A DNA stretch of 64,000 bases from an uncultured delta proteobacterium (GCA_963760795.1 CAVXEP010000025.1:125404-189403); one strand, 5' to 3'; positions 11,470 to 24,006 are shown, numbered from the stretch's first letter. Program-made: numbers and translations. Notes: a model not told the origin generated them from the letters alone.

Positions 11470-12945
11470 CTACTTGCGGATAAAATGGCGCCGCTTGGAC
11501 GACGGCAGGACGCCCATGGCTTCGCGGTACTTAGCTACGGTGCGGCGGGCGATTTCGATGGAATCGTCGGACAGCATCACGGCGATATGCTGGTCGCTGT
11601 AGGGCTTGCGAGGATCTTCGCCGGCAACGATCGCGCGAATTTTTTCCTTGACGCTCTCACTGGCAACATCGTCGCCGCCGCGGCTCATCAAGCCGCTCTG
11701 AAAGAAAAATTTGAGCTCGAACAAGCCCTGGGGCGTATGCACGTATTTGTTCGCCGTCGCCCGGCTCACCGTTGATTCGTGCATGGAAATATCGTCGGCG
11801 ACCTGGCGCAACACCATGGGTTTCAAATGGCTCACCCCATGATCGAGAAACTCTTCCTGAAATTTGAAAATGCTCTGGGTGACCTTCATCAGCGTCGCCT
11901 GGCGCTGTTGAATGCTCTTAATCAGCCAGGTCGCCGCCCGAACTTTTTCCTGCAGGTACTGCCGGGCCTGCTCTTCCTCGGCTCCCTCCTGTCCGGCCAT
12001 GCGGCGATACAGCGAGCTCACGCGCAGCCGCGGCACGCCGTCGTCGTTCAGATAAATCACCCATTCGCCGCTGATTTTCTCGACGAAAACATCGGGCAGC
12101 ACGGTGCGCACATCGTCTTGCTCGAAACCGCGGGACGGTTTCGGTTCCAGCGAAGCGATTAAGTGCGCCGCGTCGGCGATCTCATCGACGGTGACGCCGA
12201 GATCCTTAGCGAGCTTTTCATAGCGCTTCGACTCGAGATAATTCAAGTAGCCGTCGGCAATGCGCGCCGCCAGGCTATCCTTGAGCTTTAGGTTTTCCAG
12301 CTGCACCAGAAGACACTCGCGCAGGTCCCGCGCGGCCACCCCCACCGGATCGAAAAACTGGATGCGCTTGAGCACCGCTTCCGCTTCCGCGGGGGTACAT
12401 TCCACGGCACTGCAAACTTCATCGAGGGTCAGAGCCAGATAACCGTTCTCACTTATATTCTGGATGATGTAGAAGCCGATGTTCGATTCCCGTTCGCTGA
12501 TCTTCGACAAACGCAACTGCCAAATCAGATGATCTTCCAGGGAAGTCTTCTTAGTTAGGCTATTTTCCCACGACGGCGGCGAGTCGCCGTCGTCGGACAT
12601 CGCCTCGGCGGTGAGCGAGCTATGCACGCCGTTGGAATGGCTATCGATATACTCTTGCCAATCCAAGGTGCCGATCTTGTCCACCGTGTTGGGCTCGCGC
12701 GGCGCCACCAATTCGGCGAACTCTTCGGTCGGTTCGCTCTTGGTTTCGGCGCGCGGCGGCTCGGCGACTTCGGGTTCGTCCGTGGCGCCCTCTTCGAGAG
12801 CTGGGTTTTCTTGCAGCTCTTTTAGAACCATTTCTTCGAGCTCGACGCGGGACAACTGCAATAACTTGATCGCCTGCTGTAACTGCGGCGTCATCACCAG
12901 CGTCTGAGCCAGCTTTTGAACTTGGTGTAAATTTAGACCTGCCAT
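11470..12945 (-). CDS. rpoN: RNA polymerase sigma-54 factor
   Basis: MTPQLQQAIKLLQLS, HESTVSR, RpoN box ARRTVAKYRE. Confidence 0.97.
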   Translation of the reverse strand: MAGLNLHQVQKLAQTLVMTPQLQQAIKLLQLSRVELEEMVLKELQENPALEEGATDEPEVAEPPRAETKSEPTEEFAELVAPREPNTVDKIGTLDWQEYIDSHSNGVHSSLTAEAMSDDGDSPPSWENSLTKKTSLEDHLIWQLRLSKISERESNIGFYIIQNISENGYLALTLDEVCSAVECTPAEAEAVLKRIQFFDPVGVAARDLRECLLVQLENLKLKDSLAARIADGYLNYLESKRYEKLAKDLGVTVDEIADAAHLIASLEPKPSRGFEQDDVRTVLPDVFVEKISGEWVIYLNDDGVPRLRVSSLYRRMAGQEGAEEEQARQYLQEKVRAATWLIKSIQQRQATLMKVTQSIFKFQEEFLDHGVSHLKPMVLRQVADDISMHESTVSRATANKYVHTPQGLFELKFFFQSGLMSRGGDDVASESVKEKIRAIVAGEDPRKPYSDQHIAVMLSDDSIEIARRTVAKYREAMGVLPSSKRRHFIRK

Positions 12946-12947
12946 GA

Positions 12948-13670
12948 TTAGAACTTAAAGCCTTCTCCCAAATAGAATTTTCGTGCTTTCGGGCTGGCGG
13001 CAATGAATTGCGGCGTGCCCTCCTCCAAAATCGTCCCTTGGTTGACGATGTAAGCCCGGTCGCAGATACCCAAGGTCTCTCTGACGTTATGATCGGTAAT
13101 TAATATGCCGATTCCGCTGGTAACTAGGTTGCGGACGATTTTTTGGATCTCCGCCACGGCGATCGGATCGATGCCGGTAAAGGGTTCGTCGAGCAAGAGA
13201 AAAAATGGCGAGAGCACCAACGCTCTGGCAATCTCGACGCGCCGCCGTTCGCCACCGGATAAGGTAAACGCCTTGTGGGTCGCGAGATGACTCACGCCGA
13301 GCATCTTCATAAGCGCGCCGGCCCGTTCTTTTTGGTCGGCACCGTTCAAATCGAGAGTTTGCAGAATCGCCAGCAGATTCTGTTCGACCGTCAGACGGCG
13401 AAATACCGAAGATTCCTGCGGCAGATAGCTGATCCCGGCGCGGGCGCGCTGGTAGATCGGTGCTTCGGTAAGATCGTCGTCGTTTAGCAAAACCTTTCCT
13501 TCATCGGGCTGAATTAAACCAACCATCATATGAAACGTAGTTGTCTTACCGGCGCCGTTGGGGCCTAACAAGCCGACCACTTCGCCGCCTTGGACCGCCA
13601 AGCTGACTCCATCGACTACCCGCCGGCCACTGTACACTTTGGCAACCGACACTGCCTTGAGGACACTCAT
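12948..13670 (-). CDS. lptB: LPS export ABC transporter ATPase
   Basis: [41 protein letters not shown]. Confidence 0.96.
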   Translation of the reverse strand: MSVLKAVSVAKVYSGRRVVDGVSLAVQGGEVVGLLGPNGAGKTTTFHMMVGLIQPDEGKVLLNDDDLTEAPIYQRARAGISYLPQESSVFRRLTVEQNLLAILQTLDLNGADQKERAGALMKMLGVSHLATHKAFTLSGGERRRVEIARALVLSPFFLLLDEPFTGIDPIAVAEIQKIVRNLVTSGIGILITDHNVRETLGICDRAYIVNQGTILEEGTPQFIAASPKARKFYLGEGFKF

Positions 13671-14221
13671 TTCGACTTGGCATCCCCCTGCTCCCGGCTC
13701 TTCAACTCCTCAGGGAAAATGGTTGCAGAAACTCTGGTCTTGCCGTCACCTTCGACTAAGGCGCGATCCTGTTCGATGAAGTAGACCACCTTCGCTCCAC
13801 TGACCTGATTATTGCCTTGGCGCATCACTGGATTACCGGTAAGAGTGACTGTCTTGGCTTTCTCGTCGAAAACCGCCCGATCGCCGGTGGCAACGCGCGC
13901 GCCCTGGGTTGCATTGACCTTGCCATCCAAGACAATCTGTTTCATCTGTTTCATCTCAGGGTCATAATAAGCAGTCAGCGTGTCACTGCGCATGGTCATA
14001 TCGGACTGCACGGCAACGACCCGGCCTTTGTAAACGATCGTGTTCTTCGCCTGATCGACTTCCATCCAGTCGGCGGTGATGTAGATCGGGTCCTTTTTAT
14101 TGAACTCGAAGGCGTTGACGGTCTTTTTCTCCTCCGCTGCCGCAGCCTCGGCTCGCATGGCAGGAAAGGAAACCGCCAAGGAAACTCCCAATACGATCGC
14201 CGAGAGGATTTTCTGCGTCAT
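13667..14221 (-). CDS. lptA: LPS transport periplasmic protein LptA
   Basis: Signal peptide, PIYITAD, TLTGNP; position between lptC and lptB. Confidence 0.88.
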   Translation of the reverse strand: MTQKILSAIVLGVSLAVSFPAMRAEAAAAEEKKTVNAFEFNKKDPIYITADWMEVDQAKNTIVYKGRVVAVQSDMTMRSDTLTAYYDPEMKQMKQIVLDGKVNATQGARVATGDRAVFDEKAKTVTLTGNPVMRQGNNQVSGAKVVYFIEQDRALVEGDGKTRVSATIFPEELKSREQGDAKSK

Positions 14222-14222
14222 G

Positions 14223-14849
14223 TCATCCCCCGACCCTTGGTCTGTTCGCGGCCTGGGATTTTTTGTTGGCGAGTTTTTCCGGCTCGATCTTGGTCTTGAC
14301 ATCACGCACCATGCGAATCTTCTTCCCCTCTAATTCCACTTCCATGCTCGCTCCCTCAATTGAAATGCCTTCGCCGATGACCTGGGTTCGGCTTGGTAAC
14401 GAGATCTGCTCCTTGGCGGGTAGATAGTTGGCTGCGTCCGAAGTCAGGACATAACCCTTCATAGCGACCCGGACACCGCCCTTGAGTTCCAACCGTTCGA
14501 GCTCCTTCTCGTTCAGGAAAACATGAGCCACTTCAGCCGAAGTTTCCGCCGCCTCATCCTTCTTATCGTAATACAGGAACCGTGGACGCGTGATTACAGC
14601 TTCCCGCTTGTCCTTCTGGTAACTCGCCTCGTCGCCGAAAAGCTCCCATACCTTGCGGCCGTTCTCGATCTTGGCGCGATGAAAATCCTTGATCTGCAAC
14701 ACGGTATCTGGCAAGGCATCGAGGACAGCGACAGGATTTTTTACGTCAACTTTCATCATCTTCTGCACGACCTCGGCGACCTTGAAAGCCACCCCGCCGA
14801 GAGAAAGAAGAATCACCGAAAGTAAGATAGCCCGTCTGGTTTTGCGCAT
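14223..14849 (-). CDS. lptC: LPS export protein LptC
   Basis: N-terminal TM anchor, KVWELFGDEA, synteny. Confidence 0.82.
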   Translation of the reverse strand: MRKTRRAILLSVILLSLGGVAFKVAEVVQKMMKVDVKNPVAVLDALPDTVLQIKDFHRAKIENGRKVWELFGDEASYQKDKREAVITRPRFLYYDKKDEAAETSAEVAHVFLNEKELERLELKGGVRVAMKGYVLTSDAANYLPAKEQISLPSRTQVIGEGISIEGASMEVELEGKKIRMVRDVKTKIEPEKLANKKSQAANRPRVGG

Positions 14850-14873
14850 AATCAGTTCAGCAAAGTAGATGCA

Positions 14874-14902
14874 AAAATACCACTCTTACGAATTCCTGTA
14901 AA
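14874..14902 (-). promoter_or_regulatory. Putative sigma70 promoter for lptC-lptA-lptB-rpoN
   Basis: Minus strand TTTACA-17 nt-TATTTT with extended TG. Confidence 0.45.
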
Positions 14903-14906
14903 GGAA

Positions 14907-14924
14907 TAGGCACGATATTTGCTT
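14907..14924 (+). promoter_or_regulatory. Sigma54 -24/-12 site, antisense to the operon
   Basis: TAGGCACGATATTTGCTT: GG-N10-GC, near consensus TGGCACG-N4-TTGC. Confidence 0.6.
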
Positions 14925-14962
14925 TGCAAAGAGGTAAACTGCTGGAGTAATTAAGGATTTGC

Positions 14963-15490
14963 TTAAAGAGGCAGTAAGTCCGACCATTTATTCTGGGCTT
15001 TAAGGATCAACTCGGCGACGTCGCGTACGGCACCCATGCCGCCCCTAGCCACGGTAACGTAGTCAGCAAGCGGCTTGAGTTCTGCCGAACCATCGCCAAC
15101 CACTACCGCCAACCCCACCCGCCGCAGCACCGGTAAATCGATGATGTCGTCGCCAACATAGGCAATTTGTGCGTCGGTCAGGCGGCGCTTCTTTTTGATC
15201 CGTTCATAGACCCGCAGCTTGTCCTGCACACCTTGGAATAACAGCGTGACCCGCAGATCGTTAGCGCGGTGGCGGACGACGCGAGACGATCGTCCGGTGA
15301 TAAAACCTACCTCGATACCGCTACGTTTCAACAATGAGATTCCCAGACCGTCGCGGACGTGAAAATGTTTGGTCTCGACACCGCGGTCGTCGATGATGAT
15401 GCGCCCGTCGGTGAGCACACCATCGACGTCCAACAGCAGCAGGCGAATGTTCGCCGCCTTTCGGCGCAGCGAGGCTGGTTTGGTTTTCAC
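14963..15490 (-). CDS. kdsC: KDO-8-phosphate phosphatase
   Basis: LDVDGVLTDG, YVGDDIIDLP, GGMGAVRD. Confidence 0.93.
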   Translation of the reverse strand: MKTKPASLRRKAANIRLLLLDVDGVLTDGRIIIDDRGVETKHFHVRDGLGISLLKRSGIEVGFITGRSSRVVRHRANDLRVTLLFQGVQDKLRVYERIKKKRRLTDAQIAYVGDDIIDLPVLRRVGLAVVVGDGSAELKPLADYVTVARGGMGAVRDVAELILKAQNKWSDLLPL

Positions 15491-15499
15491 TGCGAGACG

Positions 15500-16471
15500 C
15501 TAAAGGCCGGCTTTGACCAAATCGTGCAAGTGAACGATGCCGACCGGATTCTTGGTCTCATGTTCAAGCACGAATAAAGAAGTTATCGAAAATTTTTCCA
15601 TGACCGCGACCGCCTCGCTCGCCAAAGTGTCGGCGGGAATAGTTTTGGGATTATGCGTCATTAAATCTCTCGCCGGCAGGGAGAGAATCTGCCCCTTGTT
15701 CTCCAACCCTCGCCGTAAATCACCGTCGGTCAGAATACCGACGAGCTGATGGTTTTCGTTGGTTACTCCGGTGACGCCGAGGCGCTTCGCGGTGATCTCG
15801 AACAGCGCTTCCTTTACACTGGTGGTCTCACGAACCAAAGGCAATCGCGCGCCGCGGAACATCAAATCTTCAACCCGCAAGAGCAGCTTGCGGCCGAGGA
15901 TACCGCCGGGATGGCGCATGGCGAAGTCCGCTTGATTGAAGCCTTTCTGCTCGAGTAAAACCACCGCGAGGGCGTCGCCCATGGCCATGGCGACCGTGGT
16001 GCTGGTGGTCGGCGCCAGGCCGAGGGGACCGGCCTCCTCCTTGACGCTAACGTTAAGCACCAGTTCACCCGCTTGCGCGAGAGTCGACTCCGGATTGCCG
16101 GTGATCACGATCAGCTTAAGGCCATGATGTTTGAAATGGGGCAGTAGCTTGAGAATTTCATCGGTCTCGCCGCTATTGGAAACCGCAACCACGATATCGT
16201 CCGGCATCACCATACCGAGATCGCCGTGCACAGCGTCGCCGGAATGGAGATAAAATGCCGGCGTGCCGGTGCTCGACAAGGTCGCGGCGATTTTGGCGCA
16301 GATCAGGCCCGATTTGCCGACGCCGGTCACCACCACCTTACCCTTGCAGCCTTGCATCAGCTCGACCGCGCGGACGAAATTTTCATCCAGGTGGTCGATG
16401 ACGGACAACAGCCCTTGGGCCTCCATCCGCAAAACCTCGGCGGCACGACTGAGAACGGTTTGCTTGTTCAC
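15500..16471 (-). CDS. kdsD: Arabinose-5-phosphate isomerase (SIS + 2 CBS)
   Basis: TGVGKSG, HGDLG, SNSGET, APTTSTT, HPGG; GTG start at 16471. Confidence 0.93.
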   Translation of the reverse strand: MNKQTVLSRAAEVLRMEAQGLLSVIDHLDENFVRAVELMQGCKGKVVVTGVGKSGLICAKIAATLSSTGTPAFYLHSGDAVHGDLGMVMPDDIVVAVSNSGETDEILKLLPHFKHHGLKLIVITGNPESTLAQAGELVLNVSVKEEAGPLGLAPTTSTTVAMAMGDALAVVLLEQKGFNQADFAMRHPGGILGRKLLLRVEDLMFRGARLPLVRETTSVKEALFEITAKRLGVTGVTNENHQLVGILTDGDLRRGLENKGQILSLPARDLMTHNPKTIPADTLASEAVAVMEKFSITSLFVLEHETKNPVGIVHLHDLVKAGL

Positions 16472-16475
16472 GGTA

Positions 16476-17303
16476 TCAAAGCCCTTTGACCAGAGCGTCG
16501 ATCTCCTTGACCTTGCGGAGCAGGGCTTCAAAGTTTTCCAGCGCCAAAGAATTGGGCCCATCGCTCAACGCTTGGTCAGGGTTCTCATGCACTTCCATGA
16601 ATAGAGCATCGATGCCGGTGGCGACTCCGGCGCGCGCCAGGGCCGGAATATACTTGCGCTCACCGCCGGAAGCATTGCCCAAACCGCCCGGCAGCTGCAA
16701 ACTATGAGTCGCGTCAAAGACCACGGGATAGCCCATTTCGCGCATTACCACGAGGGAGCGCATATCGGATACTAAATTATTATAGCCAAATGACGCGCCG
16801 CGCTCGGTGACGAGGATCTGCTGATTACCGGTGGAGAGAATCTTGTCGATGACGTTGCGCATGTCCCAGGGCGCGAGGAATTGCCCCTTCTTGACGTTGA
16901 CGACTCTGCCGGACTGGGCCACCGCGGCAACGAAATCGGTCTGGCGGCACAGGAACGCCGGGATTTGCAGAATGTCGGCAACCTCTTTGACCGCCGCCAC
17001 TTGAGCGCTTTCATGCACATCGGTGAGCACCGGCACGCCAATCTTTGCTTTGACTTCGGCAAGAATCGCCAAGCCCTGATCGAGACCGAGCCCGCGAAAC
17101 GAATCGGCCGAGCTGCGATTAGCCTTGTCGTAGGACGCCTTGAAAATATACGGCACGCCGACGCGGTCGGCGCGTTCTTTGAGCGCCGCAGCGTGGCGCA
17201 GTGCCGATTCCTTGCTTTCGATAACGCAAGGCCCAGCAATCACCGCCAGCGGTCCGTCAGCGCCGATCGCTACGTTACCGATCTTAATCAATCTCGTGGG
17301 CAT
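16476..17303 (-). CDS. kdsA: KDO-8-phosphate synthase
   Basis: IAGPCVIE, KASYDKANRSS, QIPAFLCRQTD, KKGQF, FDATHS. Confidence 0.97.
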   Translation of the reverse strand: MPTRLIKIGNVAIGADGPLAVIAGPCVIESKESALRHAAALKERADRVGVPYIFKASYDKANRSSADSFRGLGLDQGLAILAEVKAKIGVPVLTDVHESAQVAAVKEVADILQIPAFLCRQTDFVAAVAQSGRVVNVKKGQFLAPWDMRNVIDKILSTGNQQILVTERGASFGYNNLVSDMRSLVVMREMGYPVVFDATHSLQLPGGLGNASGGERKYIPALARAGVATGIDALFMEVHENPDQALSDGPNSLALENFEALLRKVKEIDALVKGL

Positions 17304-17323
17304 CAGGTCTTAACGGTCCCCAA

Positions 17324-18979
<1,656 letters not shown>

Positions 18980-19754
18980 TCAGTTCGAACGTCGCTTCAA
19001 ATAACTCTCCGCCCGCAGGAGATCGGCTGGTGTATCCACCTCCACCGACCGCTCGTCGACCTGCGCGACGTAAATACTATAGCCGTTTTCCAAGGCGCGT
19101 AACTGTTCCAAACTTTCAATTTGCTCCAACGCGGTCGGCCGCAGCCGGGCGAATTTCAATAGGAAATCCCGCCGATAAACATATAGGCCGAGATGACGAT
19201 AGCCCCAAAGTCGGCGCTGATTCCGCCCAGCAATCTTTTTGCCGTTGGGATCAATGCCGTCATTGCGCCGGAAAGGTATTGGCGCCCGGGTAAAAAACAA
19301 CGCCAACCTGGCCCTGTCTGTGAGCACTTTCACGATATTCGGATTGCGCCATTCGGACTCATGGTAAATCGCCGTGCATACCGTGCCCATCGGGATATCG
19401 CGATTGCGCCGCAACGGCTGCACCGCCTGACCAATCGTTTTGGCGCTAATAAACGGCAAATCGCCCTGGACGTTCACCAGCAGTTCGGCCTTGATCTTGC
19501 GCGCCACCTCGGCCAAACGGTCGGTGCCGCTGTTATGACCGGCTGAGGTCATCACAACTTCGCCGCCGAATCCTTTCACCACCGCTTCAATGCGCCGATC
19601 GTCGGTGGCGACGATCACCCGGTCCAGCACTTTAGCCTTTGCCGCGTTCTCGTAGACATGTTGAATCATCGGCCGGCCGCCGATTTGAGCTAAGGGCTTA
19701 GCCCGGCAGCCGGGTCGATCCAAAGCGCGCCGGGATAATCGCCACAACGCTCAT
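18980..19754 (-). CDS. kdsB: CMP-KDO synthetase (1-nt frameshift near 19700, likely sequencing error)
   Basis: ATG 19754 gives MSVVAIIPARFGSTRLPG, then shifts to KPLA; SGTDR, VNVQGD, LEQLRALENG. Confidence 0.93.
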
Positions 19755-20031
19755 GGACTCACGATTTCGCGGATGCAGTGATCAATCGATTGAATGGTTA
19801 GTGCTGGCATGGCGTCGCCAAAAACAAAAAACCGCAATGGCTTTCCCGGAAAGCGCATTACGGAATTCGATAATACGCTGGCAGGTAAAAGCTGTCAACG
19901 CGAATCGCGCAATCAAGCGCACGCTGACGAAGAAATTTAACCGCGCGAAAGAGTCGATCCATCGGCGCTTGACTGATCGAGGCACAGTCGTGATAGGAAT
20001 GAGGTAAGATCTGCAGAATAGGAAATTGCTC

Positions 20032-20958
20032 ATGGCAGAACTAATCAAAATCAAAGCGGGCTTCGCCACCGTCGGCCAAGGCGCAGGGCCGATGATGGTC
20101 ACCTGGAAAGCCGGATTGTTTCGCAAGCATGGCCTCGATGTCGACCGGCCGCCGGTGATGGGCGGCGCCAAGGGTGTGGTACGCGGCTTGATGTCGGGAG
20201 ATATCCAGTTTGGCAACCTGGCGGCGCCGGCGCCGCTGCGAGCCAATCTCAAGGGCGAAGCCGATGTGGTTTTCCTCACCGGCGGCATCAATCAGCAATT
20301 TCTAGTCGGACGCCCAGGCATCAATAGCCGAGAAGAACTGTCCGGCAAGAAAATCGGCACGGTCAATGACGGCGGCATCGGCGATGCGCTGGTGAAGTTC
20401 GTCGTCGCCAAACTCGACGCCGCCGGCGTCAAAGGCCTGCAAGAAGTGACCATCGGCCATGGCGCCGAGGCAGAAATGGCGGCTTTGCTCAGCGGCACGG
20501 TCGATGTCGTCGTCGGCACACCGCCGGAATGCATCGACGCCATCCGCCATGGCTGCAAGTATTTGATCGACTTTGCCGAATACGGGCTTAACTATGCCCT
20601 GGGCGGCATCGCCGGACGGCGCGATTATATCGAGAAAAATCCCGAGATCACCGGTCAGTTCGTCAAAGCCTATGTCGAAGGCATGCATCGTTACCGCACC
20701 GACCGGGAATTCACCGTCGATGTCCAGGCCGACTACAGCGGCATCGCCGACCGGACGATTGCTGAAGAAACCTACGACCTCACCCAACCCGGCATGCCGC
20801 GCGCTCCCTACCCGGTGGTCGCCTCACTGCAAACCCTGCTCGATTTCATGGCCAAGGAGTTACCCGAAGCCCGCGGCGCCGACGCCAGGAAATTCGTCGA
20901 CGACCGCTTTATCCGGGAACTGGAAGACAACGGCTTCATCGCTTCTTTAGGGAGGTAA
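20032..20958 (+). CDS. NitT/TauT (SsuA/NMT1-like) substrate-binding protein, no obvious signal peptide
   Basis: GLFRKHGLDV, ELSGKKIG, FVKAYVEG, FVDDRFIRELE. Confidence 0.75.
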   Translation: MAELIKIKAGFATVGQGAGPMMVTWKAGLFRKHGLDVDRPPVMGGAKGVVRGLMSGDIQFGNLAAPAPLRANLKGEADVVFLTGGINQQFLVGRPGINSREELSGKKIGTVNDGGIGDALVKFVVAKLDAAGVKGLQEVTIGHGAEAEMAALLSGTVDVVVGTPPECIDAIRHGCKYLIDFAEYGLNYALGGIAGRRDYIEKNPEITGQFVKAYVEGMHRYRTDREFTVDVQADYSGIADRTIAEETYDLTQPGMPRAPYPVVASLQTLLDFMAKELPEARGADARKFVDDRFIRELEDNGFIASLGR

Positions 20959-20964
20959 TTCCAG

Positions 20965-21969
20965 ATGGCCAAGCTCGGCTCAAGCTTCGTTATTTTGTTG
21001 TGGCTGGCGCTCTCCGCAGCAAACGTCAGCGCCGCAACCAACGATAGCTTGATCGACGCCGCCAAGCGCGAGGGCGAGCTGGTCTACTACGCGTCGATGA
21101 ACCTCGCCGAAGCCAACGCGATCATCGGTGAATTCGAGAAGCGTTATCCATTCATTAAAGTAAGACTGCACCGCACCGGCAGCGAAAAGCTACTGACCCG
21201 AGTCTTGACCGAGTACCGCGCCAAAAAAATCTTCGCCGACATCATTCAGACCGTCGAGTTCAGCATGCATATTTTCAATCGCAGCGGCGTCCTGGCGCGC
21301 TACCTGCCGCAATCGAACGCTTTGTACTCGAAAGACTTCAAGGAAGAAGGTTTTTGGACGACCGTCTATTACAACGCCTACGTGACCGCCTACAACACCC
21401 GCCTGGTGCCGGCGCGCCAGTTGGCGAAATCCTATGACGACCTGCTCGATAGTAAATGGAAGGGCAAGCTCTTGATGGAGGGCACCAAGGCCGATTGGTT
21501 CGCCGGCATGTTGCAAATTCTTGGACCGGAGCGCGGGCTCAAATACATGCGCGAACTCGCCAAACAACAGCCGAGCCCGCGCGAAGGCCATGAGCTCTTG
21601 GCGCAGTTGGTCGTCGCCGGCGAAGGCGTCTACGATATCAATATTCCCGTGTCATCGGTGGAGCGCATGAAGGAACGCGGCGCGCCCATCGACTGGACTG
21701 CGCTGGGCCCGGTGCCGGCGATCATGGTCGGCGCCGGCATTGCGACTGGCGCGCCCCATCCCAACGCGGCCAAGTTATTTTTAGAATTCGTCCTGTCGCG
21801 CGAGGGGCAGAAGCTCATGGGGACCCCCGGCCGCCATATCGCCCGCGGCGACCTCGCCAACGAGCAGGCAGCGATGCTTAAAGATTTGAAAATCGTCCCG
21901 GTCAATCCGGCGCTGGCGGAAAAACTCGACGAGTACGCCAAGCAGATGCGCGGGATTTTTGGCGGGTAG
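20965..21969 (+). CDS. ABC-type extracellular solute-binding protein (Fe3+/AfuA-like family)
   Basis: Signal peptide, AKREGELVYY, YDDLLDSKWKGK, APHPNAAKLF. Confidence 0.8.
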   Translation: MAKLGSSFVILLWLALSAANVSAATNDSLIDAAKREGELVYYASMNLAEANAIIGEFEKRYPFIKVRLHRTGSEKLLTRVLTEYRAKKIFADIIQTVEFSMHIFNRSGVLARYLPQSNALYSKDFKEEGFWTTVYYNAYVTAYNTRLVPARQLAKSYDDLLDSKWKGKLLMEGTKADWFAGMLQILGPERGLKYMRELAKQQPSPREGHELLAQLVVAGEGVYDINIPVSSVERMKERGAPIDWTALGPVPAIMVGAGIATGAPHPNAAKLFLEFVLSREGQKLMGTPGRHIARGDLANEQAAMLKDLKIVPVNPALAEKLDEYAKQMRGIFGG

Positions 21970-22011
21970 CTGAATCATCAAGCCAATTCTAAACCGGCGA
22001 AGGAGAAAATC

Positions 22012-22784
22012 ATGCGTTTCATGTTTTTAAACCACTCGGCGCAGCATCACTCCGCCGAGCTCGAAGTCCATATCGCCAAGCTGCTCAAAAGCTACGCCTC
22101 GCCCGACACCACTTTTGAGCTCGCCTACCCGAAGATCTCGGCAGCGGCGCCGTGTTGAGACTGCTCGAAGAGCGCAAAGCGCTCTCCGGCCTGCATCATA
22201 TTTTGGAAACCCCGGCGCTGGTGAAGAAAGCCATCGAAGCCGAGCGCCAAGGTTTCGACGCGGTGATCCAGAGCAATACCTTCGACCCCGGCGTCGAGGC
22301 GAGCCGGCTGGCGGTGCGCATCCCGGTGATCGGCCTGTTGCGCGCGTCGCTGCACTTCGCCGCCAGCATTTGCGACCGCTTCGGTCTCATCGTGCCGCTG
22401 GAAACCCATATGCCGCACACCATGCGCATGGTGCAGACCTATGGCATGACGCCGTTCGTCAGCGGTATCCGCACCGTCGGCCTCTACGACACCGGCGATC
22501 TATCCGGTTATCACGATGTCGTCATCGAACGCACTTTGGCGGTCGGCAAAGAACTGGTAGCCCAAGGCGCCCAGGCGATTATTCCTTTGGGCGGCAAGAT
22601 CTATCCCTACGTGGTCACGCCGGAAGAATTGGAACCCCATCTCGGCGTGCCGGTGATCAACACCAAAGCGGTGGGCGTGAGCTACGCCGAACTCATGGCG
22701 CGCAACAATATTAAGCACAGCATCAAAGCCTATCCCTGCCCGACGGGCCTCGACCCCGATGCGGTATCCGCGCGTTCGAAGTAG
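22012..22784 (+). CDS. Asp/Glu/hydantoin racemase family protein (frameshift near 22130)
   Basis: ATG 22012 with AGGAG RBS; AERQGFDAVI..FDPGVEASR..IPVIG, GAQAII, GVPVIN. Confidence 0.72.
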
Positions 22785-22865
22785 CCACGTCGTCGCCGAG
22801 TTGCAATGGCTTAGAGCAATCATTATGAGATTAAGTTGAAATTCACTAGAGGAGATCCGTAGGCA

Positions 22866-23960
22866 ATGATTATCGATGGCGACGGACATTTTTTTGAAAC
22901 CGAAGAGATCTTCGACAAGTATATGGAGCCGGCTTTGCGCAATTTCCGGCCGCGCCTGTTGGGCGATGAACAAGGCCACAACTTTTGGGTGGTCGACGGC
23001 CAGACTTCTTACAAACGGCCGACCATCAAAGGCGCCGGCGCGCCGGGAACCGCCGCCCCTCCGGGAAAAGCCTTACAGTCGGCGCGCCGCGCCTCGCCGG
23101 GCAGCCAGACGCTGAACAATCTAAAGGAGCGTTTGGACGATCTCGATCGCGAAAAAATCGACTTGCAGTTCATCTATCCAAGCTTTTTGCTCCATGCCAA
23201 TGCCTGGCCCGACGGCATTTTAGGTAACGGTATTTGCCGTGCCTATAACACGTGGCTCAACGAAGCGTGCAACCAAGCACCCGACCGTTTGCAGGCGGTC
23301 GGCGTGGTGTCGTTGCTCGATCCCCAGGGCGCGGCCAAAGAAATCACCCGGCTGAGCGACATGGGCGTCAAAGCGGTCATGATCAACGGCACCGCCGGCG
23401 CCAGGCGTTTGGATCATCCCGACCATGATGTCTTCTTCGCCGAGTGCGACCGCGTCAAGATGCCCATCGCCGTGCACTTCAGTTTGCAGTTTCCCTTCGT
23501 CGACACATTGTTCGAGCACCACTTTCCCAACCGCGTGCTCGCCGGCATCTTTCCGATCATGGCCGGCTTGACCAGCGTGTTGTGCTCCGGCCTCTTGGAT
23601 CGCTACAAAAATTTAAAATTCGCCTTTCTCGAAGGCGGCATCAGCTGGGTGCCGGCCCATGTCGAGCGCATGGACGATCATTTTGACAACCCGCGCTACG
23701 GCGCCAAGGATCTCATCAGCCATCCGCCCAGCGAGTATTTGAAAACCGGCAGGATTTTCTTCGGCTGCGAGGGCAACGAAGCAACGCTGGCGAAGATCGT
23801 CGGCGAAGTCGGCGACGATCTATTCATGTTTTCCTCCGACTATCCCCATGCCGACCGCACCGAAGGCACGGCGACCATTCTCAAGGATCGCAGCGATATC
23901 GCCGCGCCGGTGCGCAAGAAACTCTTGGAAGACAACGCGCGGCAATTTTACGGCGTGTAA
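22866..23960 (+). CDS. Amidohydrolase-2 family metal-dependent hydrolase/decarboxylase
   Basis: IDGDGHF, RAYNTWL, AFLEGGISW, FSSDYPHAD. Confidence 0.87.
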   Translation: MIIDGDGHFFETEEIFDKYMEPALRNFRPRLLGDEQGHNFWVVDGQTSYKRPTIKGAGAPGTAAPPGKALQSARRASPGSQTLNNLKERLDDLDREKIDLQFIYPSFLLHANAWPDGILGNGICRAYNTWLNEACNQAPDRLQAVGVVSLLDPQGAAKEITRLSDMGVKAVMINGTAGARRLDHPDHDVFFAECDRVKMPIAVHFSLQFPFVDTLFEHHFPNRVLAGIFPIMAGLTSVLCSGLLDRYKNLKFAFLEGGISWVPAHVERMDDHFDNPRYGAKDLISHPPSEYLKTGRIFFGCEGNEATLAKIVGEVGDDLFMFSSDYPHADRTEGTATILKDRSDIAAPVRKKLLEDNARQFYGV

Positions 23961-24006
23961 ATCGGCGATCGAGAAGCGCGACTTTCGACCCATTGGACGA
24001 CGTAGC

